Shown: piece after piece, positions 56,053 to 64,000 of the stretch
Numbering within the stretch: position 1 is the stretch's first letter
Layout of the letters: every line of letters begins with the position of its first letter
NCBI GenBank assembly: GCA_963729895.1
Contig: CAVSQB010000022.1
Location: forward strand, 96,001-160,000
Origin: an uncultured Fibrobacterota bacterium
GTDB lineage: Bacteria; Fibrobacterota; Chitinivibrionia; Chitinivibrionales; FEN-1185
DNA: 64,000 nucleotides
Reading direction: 5' to 3'
Program-made: the position numbers and the translations under genes
Notes under the pieces: model-generated
Databases searched by the model: none
Seen by the model: the letters and a program-made list of their open reading frames with translations, nothing else
What the model was told of the DNA's origin: nothing

Positions 56053-56910
56053 CTATACCCCAATTACTTTCTCAGTCGAAATGGGAGTTTTCTCTTTGAA
56101 TTGACCTCTGTATTCTTCAGGTGTTTTCCCCTTTAGTGATCCGTGTGGCCGTATCCGGTTGTAAATGTTCTTCCAATGTTCGATTATTCTTTCTGCGTCC
56201 TCTAATGAGATGAACCAGTTTTCATTCAAGCATTGGTCCCTGAATATCGAATTGAATGATTCTACAAAAGCATTCTGGCTGGGCTTGCCGGGCTGAATGA
56301 ATTCCTGCCTTACCTGGTTTCGTATTGCCCAGAGCATGAGTTCTTTGCTCCGGAATTCCGGGCCGTTATCAGTCAACAGAGCTTCCGGCTTTCCGTACCT
56401 GGCCACCAGGTGGTCTAGAACTTGGCAGACTCCTAGTGCTGGAATAGAACGTGCTACCTTGATTGCAAGAGCCTCACGGGTGCAGTCATCGACAACATTC
56501 AGGCATTTCAGCTTGCGCTTGTCGGAAGTACTGTCGAATATGAAATCCATTGACCAGCGACGGCTTGGCCGATCCGGCAGCGTCAACGGCATCCGTTGGC
56601 TATTGCGTTTCTGACGCCTCCTCCGCTTGCTTTTCTGAAGCGATTCTTCCTTGTAGAGCCGATGCACACGTTTGTGATTTACTATGTACCCAAGGTTGCG
56701 GAGATACCAATAAAGCGTCGGAAAGCCCCATGAACGGAACGATGAAATGGTTTCATGCATTTTTGTTTTCAACTCGCTGTTCAAAGCCGATTCCTGCGGT
56801 CGATAGCGGTACCCTGCCGGTGTCATACCCAGAAGTCCGCATGCTTTCCGTTGACTCAGGCCTTGCCGCATTAGTGCGTCCACAGTCAGCCTACGCTGAG
56901 GACGCTTCAC
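56053..56910 (-). CDS. IS3 transposase OrfB (DDE)
   Basis: VNHKRV.RLY, WSMDF, DNGPEF and PGKP.QNAFVESFN motifs. Confidence 0.93.
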   Translation of the reverse strand: MKRPQRRLTVDALMRQGLSQRKACGLLGMTPAGYRYRPQESALNSELKTKMHETISSFRSWGFPTLYWYLRNLGYIVNHKRVHRLYKEESLQKSKRRRRQKRNSQRMPLTLPDRPSRRWSMDFIFDSTSDKRKLKCLNVVDDCTREALAIKVARSIPALGVCQVLDHLVARYGKPEALLTDNGPEFRSKELMLWAIRNQVRQEFIQPGKPSQNAFVESFNSIFRDQCLNENWFISLEDAERIIEHWKNIYNRIRPHGSLKGKTPEEYRGQFKEKTPISTEKVIGV

Positions 56911-57173
56911 TATTTTCTTTGCAGCACTTCCTTCATTGCATCGATCTGAAGTGCCTGGTCTGCAACAATCCGCTTGAGCCGGCTGTTTTCGCCCTCGATC
57001 TCCTTCATCCTTTTCAGATCAGAGAGCTCAAGTCCGCTGTATTTGCTCTTCCAACGGAAGTACGTGTTCTCTGAAATACCATATTGACGACAAAGATCAG
57101 CGACTTTGGCTCCGCGGTCGCCCTCTTGCAGGATCCGAAAAATCTGCTCTTCACTGTAGCGCTTGCCTTTCAT
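56910..57173 (-). CDS. IS3 transposase OrfA (HTH)
   Basis: RYSEEQI..IL, LCRQYGIS..TY.RWKSKY and EN.RLKR motifs. Confidence 0.93.
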   Translation of the reverse strand: MKGKRYSEEQIFRILQEGDRGAKVADLCRQYGISENTYFRWKSKYSGLELSDLKRMKEIEGENSRLKRIVADQALQIDAMKEVLQRK

Positions 57174-57569
57174 GAGTCCTCCTAGTTAGTTTAAAATAAC
57201 TCGGAAAACTCCCTTCTCAAATGAGCAAGTTTTCGGGGGTATAGCCAAATGCATTCGGCCTCTACGACATGGCAGGCAGCCTGTGGGAATGGTGCAACGA
57301 CTGGTATGGTGCGTACGGCAAGAAGAACCAGACCGATCCCGCGGGGCCCAAAACTGGCACCTTCCGGGTGGCTCGCGGCGGGTGCTGGTATATTTATTAC
57401 CTTCCAATCATGAGCTCCGGGTTCCGCTCCTATTCTTTTCCCGCCCCGGCGAGGTTTAAGCCCCCACACGACTACTACGGATTCCGGTGCGTGCTGGCCG
57501 CGAATTGATTCTTCAGCGCCGAGGAGTGAGGCGCGGGTGGTCTATTTTGTCAAGACCCTGGCAACGTTC

Positions 57570-58748
57570 CTACCGCATCAGAAGCATTTTCCTGACAGAT
57601 ACCACTTCCTCATCCACCGTGTAGCACGCAATAACGGCCTGCCGGTAATTCGGAAGGCAGGCGGCCGGATCCTTGACGATTCCGGAATAGAGCTTCCGTC
57701 CGGACAGCGAATACAGTGACAGCGAGTTCGGAATCTTGTTGCCAAAGGCCCAGGAATGCGGCTGAACGGCATACCGGACTTCCACTCCCAACCGATTCAG
57801 GATGGTGTCCGCGGATGCATAATCTCCCTTTCTGTAGTCGGCCCAGGCCGTCGCGACGTTCAGCTTCTCCTTTGTGGCGATCAGGAGCCTCATTTCAACA
57901 TCCATGATGGCCGCAACCTCGGTTGAATCCACGTTCGCCACTTTGTCGGAGTCAAAAACCCCGGCCATGTTCTTTCCCGCGGCAAGACCGAAATAGGCGA
58001 TCACGTAATCGGTCTTGATTTGGGAAGGATTGGCGCCGATATTTCCCCATTTCATCGAGTCGGCCAGTATGGACGCAAACAGGTTCTGGTAAAACGACCA
58101 CCCGAACTGAGTCAGCAGACTCTTGAAGGTGTTGTACACCGGATAGGTGGGATATTTCTCCGAGGTGAGCCAATAGGTTGCAAATGCGGTGTCAACGGCC
58201 TGCTTCAACAGTTCGCCTGCAACAAACCCCGGGAAATACCAGACATCGTCGCTCCACCAATCCCGCGGCCAGTTGTCGCTCACCGCGCCCGTGGTTGAAT
58301 TGATCACTTCTCCGATGATGACGCCGCGTATCCATCGCAGGCCGTCGCCGGTCTGCGGCCGTCCAAAGAAATCGCTCAGAGCGTATCCCACGTCACCGCC
58401 GGCCGACCAACCGCCCATGCAGCCGCCGCCGCACCCGGAATCTATCTCAACCCGCTGGGGTTTCTCCGGCGGCGCGATTCCCAGATCCTGTACGATGAGC
58501 GGGATTGCCTTGTCCAGTTCGGCCGCAACCGAGTCGAGGTTGACCTTGTAGGTGGTGCACCCGGCCAGATTGTAATCCGGCGTCACCCACACGGCATATT
58601 GCGATTTGTGAAGCGTGTCCCAGGTCTGGGCGCACAGCAAAGACGCGTAGAAGGCGACGATGAGCGCCGACGGAAAATACGGCGCGGTCCTCGTCCTACG
58701 GTAAAGCACTATTGGGCCGTTTGTGATACACGGTTTGCGATGCGGCAT
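57570..58748 (-). CDS. Secreted hypothetical protein with CTD-like tail
   Basis: RBS GGAGGG before ATG 58748; signal ending LLCA|Q; C-terminal LYSLSGRKL typical of sorting domains. Confidence 0.65.
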   Translation of the reverse strand: MPHRKPCITNGPIVLYRRTRTAPYFPSALIVAFYASLLCAQTWDTLHKSQYAVWVTPDYNLAGCTTYKVNLDSVAAELDKAIPLIVQDLGIAPPEKPQRVEIDSGCGGGCMGGWSAGGDVGYALSDFFGRPQTGDGLRWIRGVIIGEVINSTTGAVSDNWPRDWWSDDVWYFPGFVAGELLKQAVDTAFATYWLTSEKYPTYPVYNTFKSLLTQFGWSFYQNLFASILADSMKWGNIGANPSQIKTDYVIAYFGLAAGKNMAGVFDSDKVANVDSTEVAAIMDVEMRLLIATKEKLNVATAWADYRKGDYASADTILNRLGVEVRYAVQPHSWAFGNKIPNSLSLYSLSGRKLYSGIVKDPAACLPNYRQAVIACYTVDEEVVSVRKMLLMR

Positions 58749-58829
58749 GTTCGTCCCTCCCTGGGGATTCAAAATGGAAGTCACGGTTGAAAGGTTTCAT
58801 GAATGAACGAGGCCTCACGTCGCGCCACC

Positions 58830-59915
58830 CTAGCGCTTGTTGCCCTTTTGTCTGCCCTTACCGTTTCCGCTCACGCCACGCGCCGCTTTTGAAACTCCCG
58901 GGTGGGGGGCCGGCATCGGGACGATTGGCCCTTGTGCAACAACCCGGCCCTTTTTTGCCATTGGATGAATTGGCGGACCGGGCGGCAAAGGCGGCGTTGG
59001 GGCGGTCATGCCGCCGTGAGAAGCGCGCGGCAGCGGCATGCCCGGCACGGGCGGCAAAGGCGGGGCAAGTACGCCGCCGCGGGAACCACCCGGCAACGGC
59101 ATTCCGGGGCCGGGGGGCAAGAAGAACGGTCCCGGCACTATGAGCCGTCCGTGCGGCCCAACTGGCATGGGAGGACCAAGGGGCACGAACACTGTCGTAG
59201 AAACCACCGGCACAACAACAAGCGGCGCATCCAGCGTCATTTCGTCCGGGTTGACCTTGAACCTCACTTCGTATTCGTGATAGTACTGCGGCCCCACCAG
59301 GGGCTGCAGTTTCTTAAACTGACCGTAATTCATCGGTGCAGTCGCAACCGGCGCGGCGTTGTAGGCGACCGTCGTGTAGCAGCCGGGCGACACAAGGACC
59401 GGGGGCGCGGAAGGGAGGAACGGGTTGAACACGCGCACGCTTCCGTCAAGGACGCGAACGTGGGTGACATACGGTTGCGGGTAGAATTCCACCACAAAAT
59501 GCGTACCCTCGGCGCGGGCGAGCGCCGTGGGTGTCCACACCTCATAGCGTGTGCCGCTTCCCTTGATATCCTTAACATCAGAGAGAACCTCGCCGCCGGC
59601 GTTCAGCACCGCTATGACCCGCTTGTTCTGGCCGTCAACCGTGTCGGTGATCGTGACGCACGTGTTTTCGCTCAGTTTTATGGTATTGTTTCCGAACGTG
59701 ACCACAGCCTCGGCTTGCTTCAACGTTCGGACGGTGTCGCCGGTGAACACCGATGCGCCGTTTTGCGCCGGCGCCCACGACCCGCTCGCCCGTTGGAAAA
59801 CCCGGGCCTCTCCGGTCACATAGGCCAGTTTCCCAAAGACACGGTGCGTGTTATGGCCGCACCCTGCTGTGAAGGTCATCAGTGAAAGAACGACGCACAA
59901 CGCAAAATGTTTCAT
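58830..59915 (-). CDS. FecR-domain lipoprotein with proline-rich repetitive tail
   Basis: Lipobox TAGC; GD.VRT, L.ENT, TPTA.A...GT.F and V.V.DG.V.V FecR motifs; PGMPLP repeats; RBS GGAGG. Confidence 0.8.
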   Translation of the reverse strand: MKHFALCVVLSLMTFTAGCGHNTHRVFGKLAYVTGEARVFQRASGSWAPAQNGASVFTGDTVRTLKQAEAVVTFGNNTIKLSENTCVTITDTVDGQNKRVIAVLNAGGEVLSDVKDIKGSGTRYEVWTPTALARAEGTHFVVEFYPQPYVTHVRVLDGSVRVFNPFLPSAPPVLVSPGCYTTVAYNAAPVATAPMNYGQFKKLQPLVGPQYYHEYEVRFKVNPDEMTLDAPLVVVPVVSTTVFVPLGPPMPVGPHGRLIVPGPFFLPPGPGMPLPGGSRGGVLAPPLPPVPGMPLPRASHGGMTAPTPPLPPGPPIHPMAKKGRVVAQGPIVPMPAPHPGVSKAARGVSGNGKGRQKGNKR

Positions 59916-60285
59916 GGAAAAAACCTCCGGTTAAGTGCGGAAAATCCGAATCTTAGAAAGGCGTTTGCCGCGCAGCGTGCCGCAGCTGCGTTGGAAAGGG
60001 GTTTGTCTACAGAATATATTATTTTTGGAAAACAATAGCCAATTTTGGCTTGCATTACGTAGTTGACCGGCTCACAATTCTTGGCAGGAAGATTGAAACA
60101 AAGAGGAGGAAAGAGGTGTCTAAAGAGCATGGCGCCTGTCATTCGAAAGTCGGGAGGGCGCGGATTTCTCCCGGAAGCGGGAGTAGCGCACCAACGATTC
60201 TTCAACAATTTGCCAGGTATGAACGTATTTTTAGTACGTAGGGAAGAAATGTTTTTCCGGTGGTGACATCATCAAGGGGTTTCCA

Positions 60286-61152
60286 ATGAAAAGCGTATCA
60301 CTTTTGTGCGGCGTTCTTATTGTTTTTGTTTCGGGTGTGCTGGCCTCTCAGCAATACGACGATCTGGTGAAGCTGGTCAAATCCGGCGCGAGCGAGGATG
60401 TGGTTGTGGCCTTCATTAACGCCTCAGACTCGAGCTACAATCTCTCATCCGATCAGATTGTTCGCCTGAGGGAATCCGGCGCCTCTCCGCAGGAAATTAT
60501 CGCGGCAATCAAGCATAAGGGAGGGGTTGTCACAAGTTCAGCCGCCCAGGCCCAATCGGCGCCTGCGGAAACCGCTTCGGTCATCCACCCTGCTTCGCCG
60601 CCGCCCTACGCGGTTTACCGGGTTCCGCCTCCGAGGAGAGTTTGGAGGAACTATTGGTACTCGCCGAACGCGGATAAGACCAAGCAGGCGGTTCAGCTCG
60701 ATGTGGCCGGACTTTTCCTGGGAACTCTGACACTCAACTACGAATATTTGTTCAACCGTCAACACGGGCTGGTGGTTGAAGGCAGTTTTTACCCCGGGTA
60801 CGCCGATTGGGACACTCACGGAGAAAATGTGGAGCTGGCGTACCGGTGGCATTGGGCAAGGAGCATGAATTCCGGCTTTGTAGGAGTTTTTGTGAATGGC
60901 GGCCGGTCGTATGGAAACGGCCGTGATTGGTTTGCCGATACCGGCACCGGATACACGCAAACAAGTATCACGGTTGGGCCCGACATCGGCAAGCGGTGGG
61001 TCACTCCGTGGGGTTTGAGCCTGGTTGCCAAGATCGGCTACGGATATACCTGGAGCAAATTCGGTAACCCGGCTCCCGATCAAAACACCATAGACCGGTT
61101 GCGGTGGACCACGGGCTTCGACCCCGAGATATCGCTTGGATACGCGTTTTAA
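60286..61152 (+). CDS. Exported protein: small helical N-domain plus outer-membrane beta-barrel (DUF3575-like)
   Basis: Signal peptide; alternating beta strands (LNYEY, YRWHW, IGYG); terminal LGYAF barrel signature. Confidence 0.72.
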   Translation: MKSVSLLCGVLIVFVSGVLASQQYDDLVKLVKSGASEDVVVAFINASDSSYNLSSDQIVRLRESGASPQEIIAAIKHKGGVVTSSAAQAQSAPAETASVIHPASPPPYAVYRVPPPRRVWRNYWYSPNADKTKQAVQLDVAGLFLGTLTLNYEYLFNRQHGLVVEGSFYPGYADWDTHGENVELAYRWHWARSMNSGFVGVFVNGGRSYGNGRDWFADTGTGYTQTSITVGPDIGKRWVTPWGLSLVAKIGYGYTWSKFGNPAPDQNTIDRLRWTTGFDPEISLGYAF

Positions 61153-61180
61153 TTAATAAGGTAAGGCGGAAGGAAGAATT

Positions 61181-61678
61181 ATGAAAAGGGTCTGTGTTTT
61201 CGCGATTGTGATGGTAGCTGTTTCTAGTTGGGCGTCCGGCGGATACGATGATATCGCAAAACTTGTCAAATCGGGAACGAACGAGGATGTCATCATCAAT
61301 TTCATCAACTCGTCCAGCACCGGCTATTCTCTCACATCGGATCAGATTATCCAGCTCAAAGCCATGGGCGCTTCGGACAAAGTTATTGTGGCGGCCCTTA
61401 AGCACGGAAAAGCGGGCATTGCTTCCCCTGCGCCGAAATCCGGCGCGGCAGCGGTTCCGTCGCAAGATGCTGCAACCGCCGAACAGCAATCGACCACTCC
61501 TGCAACCGCTCAGGACCCCAACGCCGTTTATGGGGCAGTGCCTTCTTCCGGGGGATGGGTTCTTATGAACGATTATTGGTACTGGCAATATCCGACCGGC
61601 GTTATCGTCGATCTGGGATGGCAGCCTTATTACTACTCCCCTTATCGTTGGTTTCCCAGGGGCCACAGGCGCTGGTAG
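61181..61678 (+). CDS. Exported protein sharing the helical N-domain, with a Trp/Tyr-rich tail
   Basis: YDDIAKLVKSG..EDVI..FI......Y.L.SDQI..L...GAS matches the preceding ORF. Confidence 0.72.
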   Translation: MKRVCVFAIVMVAVSSWASGGYDDIAKLVKSGTNEDVIINFINSSSTGYSLTSDQIIQLKAMGASDKVIVAALKHGKAGIASPAPKSGAAAVPSQDAATAEQQSTTPATAQDPNAVYGAVPSSGGWVLMNDYWYWQYPTGVIVDLGWQPYYYSPYRWFPRGHRRW

Positions 61679-61897
61679 CAACAAGAAGTTTGCTTCGCGA
61701 TGCAAGCGGTTCTCTTGAGAAAAGCGTTCTTGCCGAATCGGAATACCGAAAGCTCATTTCTTACCACTATGAATCCTCAATTGAAACAGGCTTCACGAGT
61801 CGCCTGTACCCGCCCGAGGTTGTCTTAACAGTCAAGAACGACATAGTGCGAAAATCAAAAAGGAACCGTCTTCGCGCGGCGGCTAGTAATTATATTA

Positions 61898-62798
61898 GGT
61901 GATTATAAAACATCTTGCACAGGAATTATCTTGTGCATATGGGCTTTAGTCAATTAGAAACCTTTGAATTCATAGGGAAAACTGAAAACAGGGCAAAATT
62001 GTTCCTCAGAAAGTTCTGTTGGAAAAATGGCCATGTTTTCTGCATCAATTGTAACAGCCATAAAATCTATCGTTTAAAAGGTAAAAAGTTCAGGTGCAAA
62101 CGATGCGGAAATACCTTTCATGACTTCTCGAATCGGTGGATTGGTCAGTGCCGCGTCCCTCTGAAAAAGCTGCTGTGGATCATTAAGCTCTTTGAACTGG
62201 AAGTCTCAGCACGCAGGATAGCAACTCAGATCGGTTTGAGCTATCCCACGGTCTTGCGGATGTGTAATCTCATCCGAAGGGCCTTGATGGTCGCTGAAAG
62301 CGATTTCTGGCTCTCTGGAGAGGTTGAGCTCGATGAATCCTACTTCGGCGGCAGGCGTAAAGGTAAACGTGGCCGGGGTGCTGCCGGAAAGGTTCCCGTC
62401 TTTGGTATCCTGGAGAGACACGGAAAAGTGAAGGTGACAGTAGTAAAAAACGTCACTGCCGAAAGCCTGTTGACTGAGACTGTGAAAATGGTCAGACGAG
62501 GCTCCATCATTTACACTGACAAATTCCGCGGCTATGACGCCCTGATGTTCTGCGGTTATCGGCATTTGAGAGTCGACCATGGGAAAAGATTTGCCACAGG
62601 CAAAGTTTATATTAACGGTTTGGAAGGCTTCTGGAGCTATGCTAAGGAACGTCTTGCAAAGTTCCATGGAGTCTCCAAAGAATACTTTCCAGGGTATCTG
62701 AACGAAATGGCTTTTCGGTACAATCATCGTCATGAAAATTTCTTTGAAAAACTTGTCAAAATGATCACTAATTTGGTGCAAGATCCTTTATAATTACC
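61898..62798 (+). mobile_element. IS1595 family element with 8-bp TTATATTA target duplication
   Basis: IRs GGTGATTATAAAACATCTTGCAC / GGTAATTATAAAGGATCTTGCAC; TTATATTA at 61890-61897 and 62799-62806. Confidence 0.92.
61939..62793 (+). CDS. IS1595 family transposase
   Basis: Zn ribbon CINC..CKRC; GEVELDESYFGG, RGRGAAGK, YTD, INGLEGFWS and E..FRYN motifs. Confidence 0.95.
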   Translation: MGFSQLETFEFIGKTENRAKLFLRKFCWKNGHVFCINCNSHKIYRLKGKKFRCKRCGNTFHDFSNRWIGQCRVPLKKLLWIIKLFELEVSARRIATQIGLSYPTVLRMCNLIRRALMVAESDFWLSGEVELDESYFGGRRKGKRGRGAAGKVPVFGILERHGKVKVTVVKNVTAESLLTETVKMVRRGSIIYTDKFRGYDALMFCGYRHLRVDHGKRFATGKVYINGLEGFWSYAKERLAKFHGVSKEYFPGYLNEMAFRYNHRHENFFEKLVKMITNLVQDPL

Positions 62799-62845
62799 TT
62801 ATATTATTACGCGAATCTCTCGCCGGTTCTGCACACGGAAACTCC

Positions 62846-63631
62846 ATGAACACTATTCAGCAAACAAAGAACCTTTTGTCCCGCACGGCATTGTGCGCGG
62901 CCGTTTTGAGCGCATCCGTCTTCGCCCAGGAGTATCCGGCCCGTCCTTCCGGGCCCGTGGCCGACCTTGCCGGCGTCGTCGACCAGGCGACCCGCGAGAA
63001 AATCACACTTGTCGCGCAGGCGCTCTGGGAACAGGCGGGCTTTGGCCTCGTGGTGGCGACGGTCCCCAAACTCGAAAATGCCACTATTGACGAATACGCG
63101 CCTGAACTTTACAAGCGCTGGGGAATCGGAAAAAAAGGATCTGACGAGGGAGTGCTGGTCCTGCTGACGCTCGACCCTCGAAAAGCAAGGATCGAGGTGG
63201 GCTACGGGGCGGAAGGGTATCTCAACGATGCGAAAACGGGAAGAATACTTGATCAATCGGGCGTCCCGTATTTCAAGAACGGCGACTATTCCGCCGGACT
63301 TCTCAACGTTTCCCTCCAAATAGCCGCAGAGGTCTGCCGCGAGAAGAACATCAGCCTCACCCTGCCCCGCCAAAACACCTATGCGCAGCCGCTATCCAGG
63401 TATGGAAAAGTTTCGCCGTTGTATATCGTCTTCTTCATAATCGCGCTGATCTTTCTCCTGGGAACCCGGACCGGCCGTACCGTACTCTGGACCATGATCG
63501 TCATGAGTCTTATGAGCGGCGGCCGCGGCGGCGGCCGCGGAGGTTTTGGCGGCGGTTTCGGGGGCGGCGGTTTCGGCGGGGGGTTTGGCGGCGGCGGCAG
63601 CGGAGGCGGCGGAGCTTCCCGCGGCTTCTGA
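62846..63631 (+). CDS. TPM domain protein (YgcG-like)
   Basis: V.DLAGV, WGIG.KG.D.GVL and RIEVGYG.EG motifs; Gly-rich GGGFGGG..GGGGAS tail. Confidence 0.93.
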   Translation: MNTIQQTKNLLSRTALCAAVLSASVFAQEYPARPSGPVADLAGVVDQATREKITLVAQALWEQAGFGLVVATVPKLENATIDEYAPELYKRWGIGKKGSDEGVLVLLTLDPRKARIEVGYGAEGYLNDAKTGRILDQSGVPYFKNGDYSAGLLNVSLQIAAEVCREKNISLTLPRQNTYAQPLSRYGKVSPLYIVFFIIALIFLLGTRTGRTVLWTMIVMSLMSGGRGGGRGGFGGGFGGGGFGGGFGGGGSGGGGASRGF

Positions 63632-63705
63632 CCCCGGCGGGCATGCGCGTGCAAAAGCGACGATCGCGGCGGAAAAAAACGGCTAAAAGGAAATGAGGTC
63701 CATCA

Positions 63706-64000
63706 ATGAGCGCAATCAGAAATCCAATTGATCTTGCGCGCCAGGCGGCGCTTGATTTTCAAGAGTGCTACTCGAGTGACCTGCTGTCCGTCATCGTATA
63801 TGGAAGCGCGGCAGGCCCCGAGTTCGACTCGAAAAGATCGGATGTCAATCTTCTGCTCGTACTTTCATCCCTTTCCCTGGCCATGCTCGAAAAATCGCGC
63901 GCCTGCCAGGAAAAATGGATGAAAAAACGTTTTGCGCGGCCGCTGTTCATGGACAAGGATTATATCACGCGGTCCCTGGATGCGTTCCCCATAGAGTTTC
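63706..64000 (+). CDS. Nucleotidyltransferase-fold protein (3' truncated by window)
   Basis: Frame open to the edge: MSAIRNP...LLSVIVYGSAAG.EF...SDVNLLLVL (GS..DxD-like motif); RBS GAGG. Confidence 0.75.
   Translation, partial: MSAIRNPIDLARQAALDFQECYSSDLLSVIVYGSAAGPEFDSKRSDVNLLLVLSSLSLAMLEKSRACQEKWMKKRFARPLFMDKDYITRSLDAFPIEF

Larger units (their letters stand above)
56050..57247 (-). mobile_element. IS3 family element (IS407-like) with AATG target duplication
   Basis: TGGCTATACCCC...GGGGTATAGCCA ends (TG..CA); AATG at 56046-56049 and 57248-57251. Confidence 0.95.
55455..57508 (+). pseudogene. Formylglycine-generating-enzyme (SUMF1) domain protein disrupted by IS3
   Basis: 5' part has GGTFRMG and YRLPTEAEYEYACR; removing the IS and one AATG copy restores AQKRANAFGLYDMAGSLWEWC...GFRC. 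Confidence 0.92.

Noticed and set aside
55455..57508. Diversity-generating retroelement target (FGE/CLec fold)
   Set aside because: No reverse transcriptase or template repeat of the 3' end is visible in the window.
61679..61889. Gene remnant (…AESEYRKLISYHYESS…)
   Set aside because: Open frame without a credible start or recognisable family; the same applies to the 44834-44971 fragment.
63521..63615. GGC-rich tandem repeat
   Set aside because: Encodes the normal Gly-rich tail of TPM proteins.

Overview
A ~56-60% GC (by eye) bacterial chromosome segment. The secreted proteins with T9SS-like C-terminal tails and the gene content tentatively suggest a Fibrobacterota/FCB-type diderm (inference only). 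1-11.7 kb is core genome: parB end, M23 peptidase plus bactofilin, a DnaA-box cluster (oriC candidate), pyrF, murA with Asp at the catalytic Cys position, an isolated ClpV/TssH ATPase, a zinc-ribbon protein, tRNA-CAU, heptose kinase and a deacetylase with an N-terminal Cys/His (B-box-like) domain. 11.9-39.2 kb is a large surface-glycosylation region: a PilH/PilI/PilG-like ABC module, GT2+DUF2304, GtrA, a sugar aminotransferase, GNAT, two B12 radical SAM enzymes, FkbM and spermidine-synthase-like methyltransferases, six GT-C-like membrane proteins (two TMTC-like with TPRs) and a stand-alone type IV pilin carrying two N-A-T sequons. 39.2-43.2 kb holds PAC2, dusB, larB, glutaminyl cyclase and tRNA-Asn. 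Downstream of tRNA-Asn is an accessory region with four IS elements (ISNCY-like, IS5, IS3, IS1595; three with visible target duplications), GH16, GH76 and CBM proteins, an IS3-broken FGE-domain gene and a FecR/novel-domain trio. A dispersed palindromic repeat family recurs in intergenic spaces. All calls come from reading motifs by eye; no database searches were run.
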